This document shows, in pieces, positions 1 through 7,411 of a stretch of DNA of 13,930 nt. Both the position numbers and the translations under genes were made by a program. The notes under the pieces are model-generated. The model made no database searches and had not been told where the DNA came from. It saw only the letters and a list, made by a program, of their open reading frames with translations. Location: the IMG/VR virus record IMGVR_UViG_3300015157_000063, positions 1 to 13,930 of that record, one strand, 5' to 3'. Source of the stretch: a virus (taxonomy: Duplodnaviria; Heunggongvirae; Uroviricota; Caudoviricetes). Each line of letters opens with the position of its first letter. Within the stretch, counting starts at the first letter, position 1.

Positions 1-22
1 ACGGGGTCGTTTTTGTGCGGAA

Positions 23-148
23 TTAAAAACGATATCCTGCTGAGAACATAAACACCCACGGATCGAGGCGTACGCTATCGTGTTGCTGTGCACCGCCCAG
101 CTTATAATTGGCGGTGGTATCGATATCCATGTACCACACTGGTAGGTT
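23..148 (-). pseudogene. C-terminal remnant of a Lom/Ail/PagC-family outer-membrane protein (41 codons, in-frame TGA immediately upstream)
   Basis: Minus-strand frame reads NLPVWYMDIDTTANYKLGGAQQHDSVRLDPWVFMFSAGYRF then stop; ends in the GYRF aromatic C-terminal beta-strand typical of Lom/Ail barrels. Not in the ORF track because it is under 60 aa. Confidence 0.3.
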
Positions 149-451
149 TCAAAAAACACAATAACCAATTGTATTTGAAGCAAAAAACAAGACTTTGAGA
201 TGTTTTTTTTGTACCTTTTTTTATGTTTTTAACTGTCTGATTTTATTGAAATCTTTTTTAGTTTTGCAGAAGGAATTTTTTACTTGATTGTAACTTTTTC
301 GTTTTTTTGGGGCTAATTGACGCGCAATGCTGGGCGGGGAGCGCACAGCCAAAAAAACCGAAATTGACCGCTAATTACTGCCAATCATCATCGCTCTGAT
401 TGAGCGTAAATCATTCAGGTTATTCAGTTCTTCCTTCTGCTCTCGCTGACG

Positions 452-622
452 TCAATAAATCCCATCATTGCGATCAACCTCATCCTTAACCATTGATGCG
501 AGCAGTTCTTCCAGTTTCTGCGCTGACAGCTTTACCTGGTGATCTTCAGCATCTTCCCGGGCTATTGTGGTTCGCGCAGTGGCTGATTTTGCTGACATCA
601 CCACAGGGGGCAGACGGACCAT
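452..622 (-). CDS. hypothetical small acidic protein (56 aa from internal ATG at 622)
   Basis: ORF track 452..733; upstream part of that ORF overlaps the hairpin at 689-722, so the internal start MVRLPPVVMSAKS... with GGAGG about 10 nt upstream is more plausible. No recognisable motif. Confidence 0.3.
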   Translation of the reverse strand: MVRLPPVVMSAKSATARTTIAREDAEDHQVKLSAQKLEELLASMVKDEVDRNDGIY

Positions 623-686
623 TGAACCATGGCCTCCGGAACAAATAAGGGCAAAAATAACAACCACTATCGAAAGCTCACAAACT

Positions 687-823
687 AACCGCAGCACGTT
701 CCTGCATACGACGTGTCTGCGGCATAATCCCAATGATTACTCCCTGACAGGATTTGCAGGCCACTCAATATCAGGTACAGTTGATGTATCAACACGATTC
801 AACAATACCCGATATTTATTCCA
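687..823. repeat. direct repeat copy A (~137 bp; tfa 3' end plus hairpin)
   Basis: Near-identical by eye to 1737..1872 (aaccgcagcacgtt...cataatcccaatgattactccctgacagg...ccactcaatatcagg.cagttgatgtatcaacacg.ttca...); one indel inside the hairpin loop. Confidence 0.8.
689..722 (-). terminator. hairpin just downstream of the tfa-fragment stop (copy A of the repeat)
   Basis: Inverted repeat CCGCAGCACG ... CGTGTCTGCGG directly 3' of the stop at 737-739, followed on the minus strand by a T-containing tract. Confidence 0.4.
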
Positions 824-1006
824 TGCCTCCAGCAACGATCTTTCTTCCTCCGTTGCGATTTCCAGATCTACAGCATCCTGCAGTGGCGCAATATACTCAC
901 TGAATTCCTGGATGTGGAACTGTGTGGTGACGGTCTTCCAGTCATTCGGCTCCTGCTGTATCGAAGCATACCAGGCTATTTCAATATCGCTATGCTGCGG
1001 CAGCAT
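737..1006 (-). pseudogene. tfa: tail fibre assembly protein (Tfa) C-terminal fragment, 5'-truncated
   Basis: Translation ...[54 protein letters not shown] aligns with the C-terminus of the Tfa at 3691..4218 (...[45 protein letters not shown]). Only about half a Tfa is present; the upstream part is replaced by the methyltransferase gene. Confidence 0.6.
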
Positions 1007-1062
1007 TTAACCCCTTGTAATTCATCGCCATAATTGATTTAATTCACAAATAAAACTATAAC

Positions 1063-1731
1063 ATGGTGAAATCAATGAAAAAAAACACAGATGATGGGGC
1101 TAAAATTTACACACCACTTACCCTAAAGCTTTATGACTGGTGGGTTTTGGGAGTATCAAATCGGCTTGCATGGGGATGTCCTACAAAGGAACACCTTCTT
1201 CCACACTTTCTGGAACATGTAGGTAACAACCATCTGGATATTGGTGTTGGAACTGGGTTTTACCTTACTCACGTACCTGAGAGTAGTCTGATATCTTTAA
1301 TGGATTTGAACGAAGCTAGCCTGAACGCGGCATCTACAAGGGCTGGGGAATCAAAAATTAAACATAAAATTAGCCATGATGTTTTTGAACCTTATCCCGC
1401 GGCGTTACATGGTCAATTTGATTCCATTTCCATGTTTTACCTTCTTCACTGCCTGCCTGGAAATATATCTACAAAAAGCTGTGTAATACGCAATGCGGCG
1501 CAGGCCTTAACTGACGATGGAACTCTATACGGAGCCACAATTCTTGGCGATGGAGTTGTGCACAATAGCTTCGGTCAAAAACTGATGCGCATTTACAATC
1601 AGAAAGGCATCTTTTCAAACACAAAAGATTCCGAAGAAGGCTTAACACATATACTCTCAGAGCATTTCGAGAATGTTAAAACCAAGGTTCAAGGTACTGT
1701 AGTAATGTTTTCCGCTTCAGGGAAAAAATAG
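1063..1731 (+). CDS. class I SAM-dependent methyltransferase (Rossmann fold), substrate unknown
   Basis: Motif I HLDIGVGTGFYL, acidic residue at the end of beta-2 (LMDLNE), motif FDSISMFYLLHCLPG. No DPPY or PCQ DNA-methyltransferase motifs. Likely true start is the ATG at 1075 (MKKNTDD), preceded by GGTGA. Coding sequence is visibly AT-rich compared with the structural genes. Confidence 0.7.
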   Translation: MVKSMKKNTDDGAKIYTPLTLKLYDWWVLGVSNRLAWGCPTKEHLLPHFLEHVGNNHLDIGVGTGFYLTHVPESSLISLMDLNEASLNAASTRAGESKIKHKISHDVFEPYPAALHGQFDSISMFYLLHCLPGNISTKSCVIRNAAQALTDDGTLYGATILGDGVVHNSFGQKLMRIYNQKGIFSNTKDSEEGLTHILSEHFENVKTKVQGTVVMFSASGKK

Positions 1732-1736
1732 CATCC

Positions 1737-1872
1737 AACCGCAGCACGTTCTTGCTTAAGACGTGCTGCGGCATAATCCCAATGATTACTCCCTGACAGG
1801 GTTCGTAGGCCACTCAATATCAGGTGCAGTTGATGTATCAACACGGTTCAGTAACACCCGATACTTTTTCTA
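1737..1872. repeat. direct repeat copy B (tfa 3' remnant plus hairpin)
   Basis: Matches 687..823. Contains hairpin CCGCAGCACG...CGTGCTGCGG at 1739-1771 and, on the minus strand, 26 codons [27 protein letters not shown]-stop equal to a Tfa C-terminus. Confidence 0.8.
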
Positions 1873-2136
1873 GGCTTCCACCACCAGCACGACAAGATGC
1901 CGCATACAGTGAACCAGTCAGTCCAGTTTTCAGACAACCAGTGCGTCACCTTTTTGAAGGCGCTTTAAAGCACGTTTTAATCCAGGTCGGCCTGTCCTTG
2001 TTCCGCTTAATTTATCTTCAAATATTTGTTCATATCCTGCACAAACAAGAGCGTTTCGTTGCAGATCTGTATTCTGGTCATTTGTTGATACCCTTACATA
2101 GCCAATCAGCACGCTGAATCTCCCGTCCAAAAGCAC
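1786..2136 (-). pseudogene. pin: Din-family serine DNA invertase (Pin/Gin/Hin-like), inactivated: two nonsense codons, 3' deletion, fused to a tfa 3' remnant
   Basis: ORF 1930..2136 (GTG start) encodes ...LIGYVRVSTNDQNTDLQRNALVCAGYEQIFEDKLSGTRTGRPGLKRALKRLQKGDALVV then stops where family members read VVWKLDRLGRS. In-frame continuation reads stop-KLD-stop-LVHCMRHL..., i.e. TGG->TGA and CGA->TGA. After about codon 85 the frame runs into Tfa C-terminal codons. Confidence 0.8.
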
Positions 2137-2166
2137 AAATCATGCCATGCAGGCCAGAAACCGCCA

Positions 2167-2192
2167 TTATCTAAAACCTCGGTTTACGAGAA
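2167..2192. other. gix/hix-like 26-bp invertase crossover site (right of pin)
   Basis: TTATCTAAAACC-TC-GGTTTACGAGAA; close match to the Gin/Hin crossover site as recalled from memory, and inverted relative to the site at 5248..5273. Confidence 0.7.
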
Positions 2193-3125
2193 CTCGGCAC
2201 AAGCGGGGAGAAAATACCGTTACTCAGTACAGCGAATACCTGGACTAATCGACAAACATTCAGCGGTGGCCTTTCTGGTGAACTATCCGGCAATGCTTCT
2301 ACAGCTGCAAAATTAAAAACTGCCAGGAAAATAAGCAATGTGGTTTTTGATGGTTCCTCCGATATCACATTAAAAGCAAGTCATGTTGGTGCGTTTGCCT
2401 TAGGGAAAACAGGAAGCACCGTTGCGAATGATAAAGCAGTTGGATGGAACTGGAGTAGCGGAGCCTATAACGCAACTATTAGTGGTGCATCAACGTTAAT
2501 TATTCATTTTTATATGGGAGAAGGAAGTTGTCCTGCAGCTCAGTTTCGGATTAATTATAAAAATGGCGGTATTTTTTATCGTTCAGCCCGTGATGGTTAT
2601 GGTTTTGAAGCCGACTGGTCCGAATTTTACACCACCACCAGAAAACCTTCAGCAGGAGATGTTGGTGCACTGCCGTTATCTGGTGGTCAACTGAATGGTG
2701 CACTGGGTATCGGAACATCCAGTGCTCTTGGCGGTAATTCGATTGTATTGGGTGATAATGACACGGGCTTTAAACAAAATGGCGATGGTAATCTGGATGT
2801 TTATGCTAATAACGTCCATGTTATGCGCTTTGTCTCCGGAAGCATTCAAAGTAATAAAACCATAAATATTACAGGGCGTGTTAACCCCTCGGATTACGGT
2901 AACTTTGATTCCCGTTATGTGAAAGATGTTCGACTTGGTTCACAGCAATATTATGGAGTGAACAACTGGCAAACATGGAATTTCCGGTGCCCTTCAGGTC
3001 ATGTATTGTCTGGTATTAATGTTCAGGATACAGGGTCTAACTCTGCCGATAATATAGCGGGCGTTTATTACAGACCCGTTCAAAAGTATATAAATGGCAC
3101 CTGGTATAATGTAGCGAGCGTTTAA
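2175..3125 (+). CDS. alternative tail-fibre C-terminal cassette (stf' variable part), start-less, expressed only after inversion
   Basis: Open in frame from the crossover site (ORF track 2340..3125 is the downstream part). Translation [62 protein letters not shown]... ends with ...[17 protein letters not shown], sharing the [20 protein letters not shown] and QKYI.G.WYNV motifs with the stf at 4234..5892. Confidence 0.7.
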   Translation, partial: NLGLRELGTSGEKIPLLSTANTWTNRQTFSGGLSGELSGNASTAAKLKTARKISNVVFDGSSDITLKASHVGAFALGKTGSTVANDKAVGWNWSSGAYNATISGASTLIIHFYMGEGSCPAAQFRINYKNGGIFYRSARDGYGFEADWSEFYTTTRKPSAGDVGALPLSGGQLNGALGIGTSSALGGNSIVLGDNDTGFKQNGDGNLDVYANNVHVMRFVSGSIQSNKTINITGRVNPSDYGNFDSRYVKDVRLGSQQYYGVNNWQTWNFRCPSGHVLSGINVQDTGSNSADNIAGVYYRPVQKYINGTWYNVASV

Positions 3126-3126
3126 T

Positions 3127-3660
3127 ATGATGCACTTAAAGAACATAAAAGCGGGTAATGCTAAAACACTGGAACAGTATGAGTTAACAAAGAAACACGG
3201 AGTTATCTGGCTTTACTCTGAGGACGGAAAAAACTGGTATGAGGAAGTGAAAAACTTTCAGCCAGACACCATAAAGATTGTTTACGATGAAAATAATATT
3301 ATTGTTGCCATAACCAAAGATGCCTCCACACTTAACCCTGAAGGTTATAGCGTCGTTGAGATTCCTGATATTACCGCCAACCGGCGTGCTGACGACTCAG
3401 GTAAATGGATGTTTAAAGATGGCGCAGTCATTAAACGTGTATATACCGAAGAAGAGTTGCGCCTACAGACGGAAAACCAGAAAAAAATATTATTACAGCA
3501 GGCCAGAGAAAAAACGCAGTTCTGGCAAACACAGCTTACTTTGGGGATTATCACTGATTCAGACAGACAGCAACTGATGAACTGGATGCGATACGTGCAA
3601 CAGGTTGAGACAACTGATACCTCGGTTCTTCCTGTAACATTCCCGGAACCACCAGAATAA
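3127..3660 (+). CDS. tfa: tail fibre assembly protein, alternative copy (tfa')
   Basis: 177 aa; [44 protein letters not shown]... is a paralogue of the minus-strand Tfa ([44 protein letters not shown]...). Start overlaps the stf' stop. Confidence 0.85.
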   Translation: MMHLKNIKAGNAKTLEQYELTKKHGVIWLYSEDGKNWYEEVKNFQPDTIKIVYDENNIIVAITKDASTLNPEGYSVVEIPDITANRRADDSGKWMFKDGAVIKRVYTEEELRLQTENQKKILLQQAREKTQFWQTQLTLGIITDSDRQQLMNWMRYVQQVETTDTSVLPVTFPEPPE

Positions 3661-3663
3661 GAA

Positions 3664-3681
3664 AAGGCCCGTACGGGCCTT
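3664..3681. terminator. perfect palindrome between the convergent tfa' and tfa genes (bidirectional terminator candidate)
   Basis: AAGGCCCGTACGGGCCTT lies in the 30-bp gap between the two stop codons. Confidence 0.5.
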
Positions 3682-3690
3682 AATTTGTTG

Positions 3691-4218
3691 TTATTCTGGT
3701 TTCTGTGGCCATTCAGGCTTTGCAGTATCCACACGGCTGACCATAACGCTGTAGCGTTCCCATGATTCCAGTCGTGTGCGTTCCTCATCAGTTGCCATAT
3801 TCAGTCTGACAGCACGTTCCAGCGGTTGAATCACAGACTCCGCTTCGGAAAGCAAAGCGGCTTTTTGTAACTCTGCCTGCTGTTGCAGTTCCTGTTTTGT
3901 ATATTCCCGCTTTACTACTTTACCATCCAGAAACTTCCAGTTTCCCGAGATATCGGCGCGACGGTTGGCTGTTATATTCGGTAACTCAACAACACTTAAC
4001 CCGTCAGGGTTAAGTGTTGATACGTCTTTCTCAATACAACGAATAATCCCCTTCTGGTCATAAGCTATTTTTAAAGTATCATCCTGAAAGTTTTTTAATT
4101 CGTCATACCAGTTTTTACCGTCTTCTGTATATAGCCAGATAACGCCAGCTTTTTTCGTAAGCTGATACTGCTCAATGGTTTTGGGGTTTCCGGCGGTAAT
4201 ATTTTTCAGATGTTGCAT
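3691..4218 (-). CDS. tfa: tail fibre assembly protein Tfa
   Basis: 175 aa, lambda Tfa / Mu U-like; AGGAGA Shine-Dalgarno upstream; immediately downstream of stf. Confidence 0.9.
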   Translation of the reverse strand: MQHLKNITAGNPKTIEQYQLTKKAGVIWLYTEDGKNWYDELKNFQDDTLKIAYDQKGIIRCIEKDVSTLNPDGLSVVELPNITANRRADISGNWKFLDGKVVKREYTKQELQQQAELQKAALLSEAESVIQPLERAVRLNMATDEERTRLESWERYSVMVSRVDTAKPEWPQKPE

Positions 4219-4233
4219 ATATTCTCCTGATGG

Positions 4234-5892
4234 CTATGCCTGTTCAACGTTATACCAGTTACCAGAAATGTATTTTTGTAGTGGTCGTGACACCATCCAG
4301 TCATCTCCATCAACCTCACCAATAATTTGCAATCCTGTTGTCACATGACCATTACCTGGTTCGCAAAGTCCTCCGCGATATAATGTGTCAGAACGTCTGC
4401 CTCCCAGACGCACATTTCTGATAAAAGAACTATTCAGGTAATCATTTAAGTTTGAACCCCAGCACCCACCAAATATATTTCCATCGGTGTTATAACGGAC
4501 GCCACCCGCAATAAGAGCACCCGGTGAAATAAAGGATTTATCGTTCGGGTTAAAATACCATAAAGCATCATTACCTCCATCGCCACGCATATGAATACAT
4601 GGAACCGGAAATCCATACTGTTCTGTCAGTAAATACCCAAAGCTGACCGCGCCGGGATAGCCCTGTCCATTGCGAATGGACAAGCCCTTAACTATCGGCA
4701 CGTAATGACCACCAGGAGTGGGATTCCAGGCAAACTGCGTCTGAACAAAAGGCGCGGTGGCATTATTCAACTGGTCTGCAAATGCGCCACTTCCATCAGG
4801 AATTATTCCCTGATGAATATATGCAACCCGCTTATAAAAATCAGCAGATGCGGGTTGAAGCCCAAATGCCAGTTGTCCATTTGAATAGAATAAAAGGACA
4901 CCGTCGCCGCCCTGTTTAATACCAGTGTCGTTATCTCCGAGAGTAATGGAATTACCGCCCAGTGCGTTATCTGTACCAAGCGCCAGCCCACCATCAATTT
5001 TGGCCCCGTGGCTGACAGATATAGCACCTGTTCTCAGATTTATAGCGAATGGCCTTAATGGGCCGATATCACCGTTTTCGCCTTGTCCTTCAGCCGTCGG
5101 AATGAAATGAAGAAAATCTTCTGAACGACGGAAAATAAGACCGAAGGCATCATTGAAAATTCGCAGCGCATTCACCGTGCCAATTTTCAGTTCTCCGGTC
5201 ATTTTATCGCCGGAACGCTGAACGGCGTTACCAGCCTTGTTTACCGTTTCCTGTAAACCGAGGTATTCGATAACGGCGGCAACGGTCGATTTCGCAAGAA
5301 TATCCCGCCCAACTTTTGTCAGGGTTGCCAGACTGGCAACATCATTCCCCGTAAAATACGGAAACCTGTCTGCCGCAGTAGCAAGCCCGGCCAGCGCCGT
5401 CAGGGTGGCATCTTTCGGTTGCTTACCCGCAAGCGCGTTAGTCATGGTGGTCGCAAAATTCGGGTCGTTGCCCAACGCCGCAGCCAGCTCGTTCAGCGTA
5501 TTCAGTGCGTCAGGCGACGAGTCCACGAGGGCAGCGATCGCAGCCATAACATAAGCCGTGCTTGCGATTTGGGTATTATTCGTTCCCTGTCGCGCAGTTG
5601 GTGTTGTTGGCGTTCCGGTCAGTGCAGGACTATTTAAGGGCGCTTTCTTGTTCGTTTCACCCATTACCGCCTTAACCGCTTTTGGCGTTGCCGCCAGTGA
5701 CTCGGAAGTGCTGTTGGTCGCACTGCTGAGCTGTACTATCCCCTTTTTCGTCGTGCTCGCATCCTCCAGCGCCACGGCGGATGCAATATCCTCTGACCGC
5801 CATATTGTCCAGGTACAGGTTCTGGCCGTTGCGCCACCAGTCATCCTCGCGATGAAAATCCGGCATATCAATTCCCGCCAGATGGTATGCAT
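4234..5892 (-). CDS. stf: side tail fibre protein (lambda Stf-like), 5'-truncated; Stf-homologous part is about 4234..5800
   Basis: ...EDIASAVALEDASTTKKGIVQLSSATNSTSESLAATPKAVKAVMGETNKKAPLNSPALTGTPTTPTA...NTLNELAAALGNDPNFATTMTNALAGKQPK... matches the middle region of lambda Stf as recalled. The first ~30 codons of the ORF are K-gene sequence read out of frame. Confidence 0.85.
   Translation of the reverse strand: MHTIWRELICRIFIARMTGGATARTCTWTIWRSEDIASAVALEDASTTKKGIVQLSSATNSTSESLAATPKAVKAVMGETNKKAPLNSPALTGTPTTPTARQGTNNTQIASTAYVMAAIAALVDSSPDALNTLNELAAALGNDPNFATTMTNALAGKQPKDATLTALAGLATAADRFPYFTGNDVASLATLTKVGRDILAKSTVAAVIEYLGLQETVNKAGNAVQRSGDKMTGELKIGTVNALRIFNDAFGLIFRRSEDFLHFIPTAEGQGENGDIGPLRPFAINLRTGAISVSHGAKIDGGLALGTDNALGGNSITLGDNDTGIKQGGDGVLLFYSNGQLAFGLQPASADFYKRVAYIHQGIIPDGSGAFADQLNNATAPFVQTQFAWNPTPGGHYVPIVKGLSIRNGQGYPGAVSFGYLLTEQYGFPVPCIHMRGDGGNDALWYFNPNDKSFISPGALIAGGVRYNTDGNIFGGCWGSNLNDYLNSSFIRNVRLGGRRSDTLYRGGLCEPGNGHVTTGLQIIGEVDGDDWMVSRPLQKYISGNWYNVEQA
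5248..5273. other. gix/hix-like 26-bp crossover site inside stf at the constant/variable boundary
   Basis: TTCCTGTAAACC-GA-GGTATTCGATAA; its reverse complement matches 2167..2192 at 22 of 26 positions; lies at stf codons ~207-215 (VIEYLGLQE). Confidence 0.7.
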
Positions 5893-6271
5893 CCCGGAAC
5901 AGCGTGTAACAGTCCGTCACCCCGTGCTCAAAGCGCCGTCCTGTCAGATGTGGCACACAGCGGAATTTATGAATTTCCCCCCGGCAGACCAGCCACCAGG
6001 GCAGTGCGCTTTTTATCTGCAGCCGCCGGTCAGCCTCGCTCAGCCAGGGCAGCTCACCGGGATGACTGTGGACCAGTGCCACAATCTCCCCCTGCATCTC
6101 TGCCCGCAGCCAGTCTTCCGGTGCGATACGAAAATACGCCTCCGGCTCTGCGGAAATATTCACACAAGGGATATACCGCTCCCCCTCCGGCGTGCTTATC
6201 ACGAAGCCGCACGACTCCGCAGGCGCACACCGCCGGGCATGCGCCAGAATCGCTGATTCAGTCTGTGTCAT
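5672..6271 (-). pseudogene. K: tail-tip assembly protein K (JAB/MPN + NlpC/P60), homologous only over 5804..6271, 3' end replaced
   Basis: MTQTESAILAHARRCAPAESCGFVISTPEGERY...VALVHSHPGELPWLSEADRRLQ...DCYTLFRDAYHLAGIDMPDFHREDDWWRNGQNLYLDN matches lambda K; after codon ~156 the frame reads unrelated sequence that is stf in another frame. Confidence 0.8.
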
Positions 6272-6281
6272 AAACCGGGAT

Positions 6282-6980
6282 TTACTGCGAAAGTTTATTA
6301 ATGGAAAGGAAACCGCCAAAATTGCCGACATTCCTGCGCAGTTCACACCCGCGCATGCACTTGCTGCATCTGTCCTTACGGATATCCGTGGTGGGTTTAT
6401 CGAACTCATCCGCCACAGCCCCGCCCGTGTAACCACACTCATCAGAGCGGTAGGTCCACATACAGGTGTTCGCCAGCATGATACGACCGGGAAACTGCGC
6501 TCCGTCCGTCTCGGTCGGTGTGGCCAGCACAAACGAGGCCGTCATGGCTGTCAGCTGCGACATCTGCTCCACCACCCAGCGGTCGCTCAGCTCCTGCTCC
6601 GGGTCCGCTTCCGGATTGCCCGCCACAAAATTCACCGCATCCAGAAAACGGGCATACACCCGGCGGCGGACCACCGTGGCCCCCACCAGACTCTGCAGGT
6701 CTTCCGCCATCCCGGTGACAAGGCCGAACAGATTGGACACCGTCAGCGACGGTCTGGCACTGCTGCCTTTCCCGTTCATTTCAAAGCCGCTGCCATCAAT
6801 CGGGTACGCCTCATACTTACGCCCCTGCCAGGTGACCGGCTCCCCTTTTTCATTCAGCTCATTACAGAAAAAATACCGCTCACCGCCCTGTACCGTCAGG
6901 TCGATTTCCCAGAGTACCACCCGCGGTGACTGCTCTGATTTAACCGACTCGTTCAGACTTTCTTCGTGAATATCCTGCAT
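6282..6980 (-). CDS. L: minor tail protein L
   Basis: 232 aa; MQDIHEESLNE...VVLWEIDLT..GGERYFFCNE.NEKGEPVTWQGR.Y..YPI.GSGFE.NGKG...GNFGGFLSINKLSQ is near-colinear with lambda L. Confidence 0.9.
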   Translation of the reverse strand: MQDIHEESLNESVKSEQSPRVVLWEIDLTVQGGERYFFCNELNEKGEPVTWQGRKYEAYPIDGSGFEMNGKGSSARPSLTVSNLFGLVTGMAEDLQSLVGATVVRRRVYARFLDAVNFVAGNPEADPEQELSDRWVVEQMSQLTAMTASFVLATPTETDGAQFPGRIMLANTCMWTYRSDECGYTGGAVADEFDKPTTDIRKDRCSKCMRGCELRRNVGNFGGFLSINKLSQ

Positions 6981-7321
6981 CAGTTCACCACCTGCTCAAT
7001 CGTACAACTGAAATCACTGTACCTGGCGTTATCTGTGACGCTCCACTCCCGGCATACCACCCTCACCGTCCGGTTATGTTTCGGCGGTCGCCACAAAAAG
7101 GCACGGTAACCACCATGCCACGATAAAAACTCTTCCAGCCATCGCCGGGTCGCCTCATCCGTCACCCGGAACACCGCCTGAAACGTCTTCAGTCGGGCAT
7201 TAAGTCCCGTCGGGCGGCGCTGTTCATAACCGTCACCAAACCGTACCCTCGCCACCGACGGTTTCTCACTCACCTGCATCCCTTCACGCGGGACCAGATG
7301 CAGCGTTTTTATCTCAGCCAC
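6980..7321 (-). CDS. M: minor tail protein M
   Basis: 113 aa, GTG start; ...VRFGDGYEQRRPTGLNARLKT......FLWRPP...EQVVN resembles lambda M; overlaps the L start. Confidence 0.85.
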   Translation of the reverse strand: MAEIKTLHLVPREGMQVSEKPSVARVRFGDGYEQRRPTGLNARLKTFQAVFRVTDEATRRWLEEFLSWHGGYRAFLWRPPKHNRTVRVVCREWSVTDNARYSDFSCTIEQVVN

Positions 7322-7411
7322 TCAGCATTCCTCCGTCACGTCGCATGGACAGCATCACCGCCTGCACCCGCTGGTCAATCAGTTGCACAAGGCTGCCCGC
7401 AGCTTCCGGCC

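Larger units (their letters stand above)
2167..5273. other. ~3.1-kb invertible tail-fibre segment (Mu G / P1 C / e14 P-type) carrying stf variable part, tfa, tfa', stf' variable part
   Basis: Inverted 26-bp sites at both ends; convergent duplicated tfa genes; start-less stf' cassette that becomes in-frame with stf codons 1-211 on inversion; invertase gene adjacent. Confidence 0.7.

Noticed and set aside
1063-1731. Methyltransferase as the modification half of a restriction-modification system
   Set aside because: No DPPY or PCQ DNA-methyltransferase motifs, too small for a typical DNA methyltransferase, and no adjacent nuclease ORF.
1824-2368. ORFs 1824..2117 (+) and 2171..2368 (-)
   Set aside because: Antisense to the pin pseudogene and to the stf' cassette respectively; no supporting features.
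3320-5637. Internal ORFs 3320..3577, 3345..3788, 4803..5027, 4925..5110, 5237..5554 and 5419..5637
   Set aside because: Nested within or antisense to tfa' and stf, which have strong homology-based support.
5558-6969. Plus-strand ORFs 5558..6256, 5887..6273, 6192..6929, 6466..6969 and 6518..6718
   Set aside because: All lie antisense to the K and L genes, which have clear lambda homology; their translations are Arg/Pro-rich low-complexity strings typical of spurious frames in GC-rich DNA.
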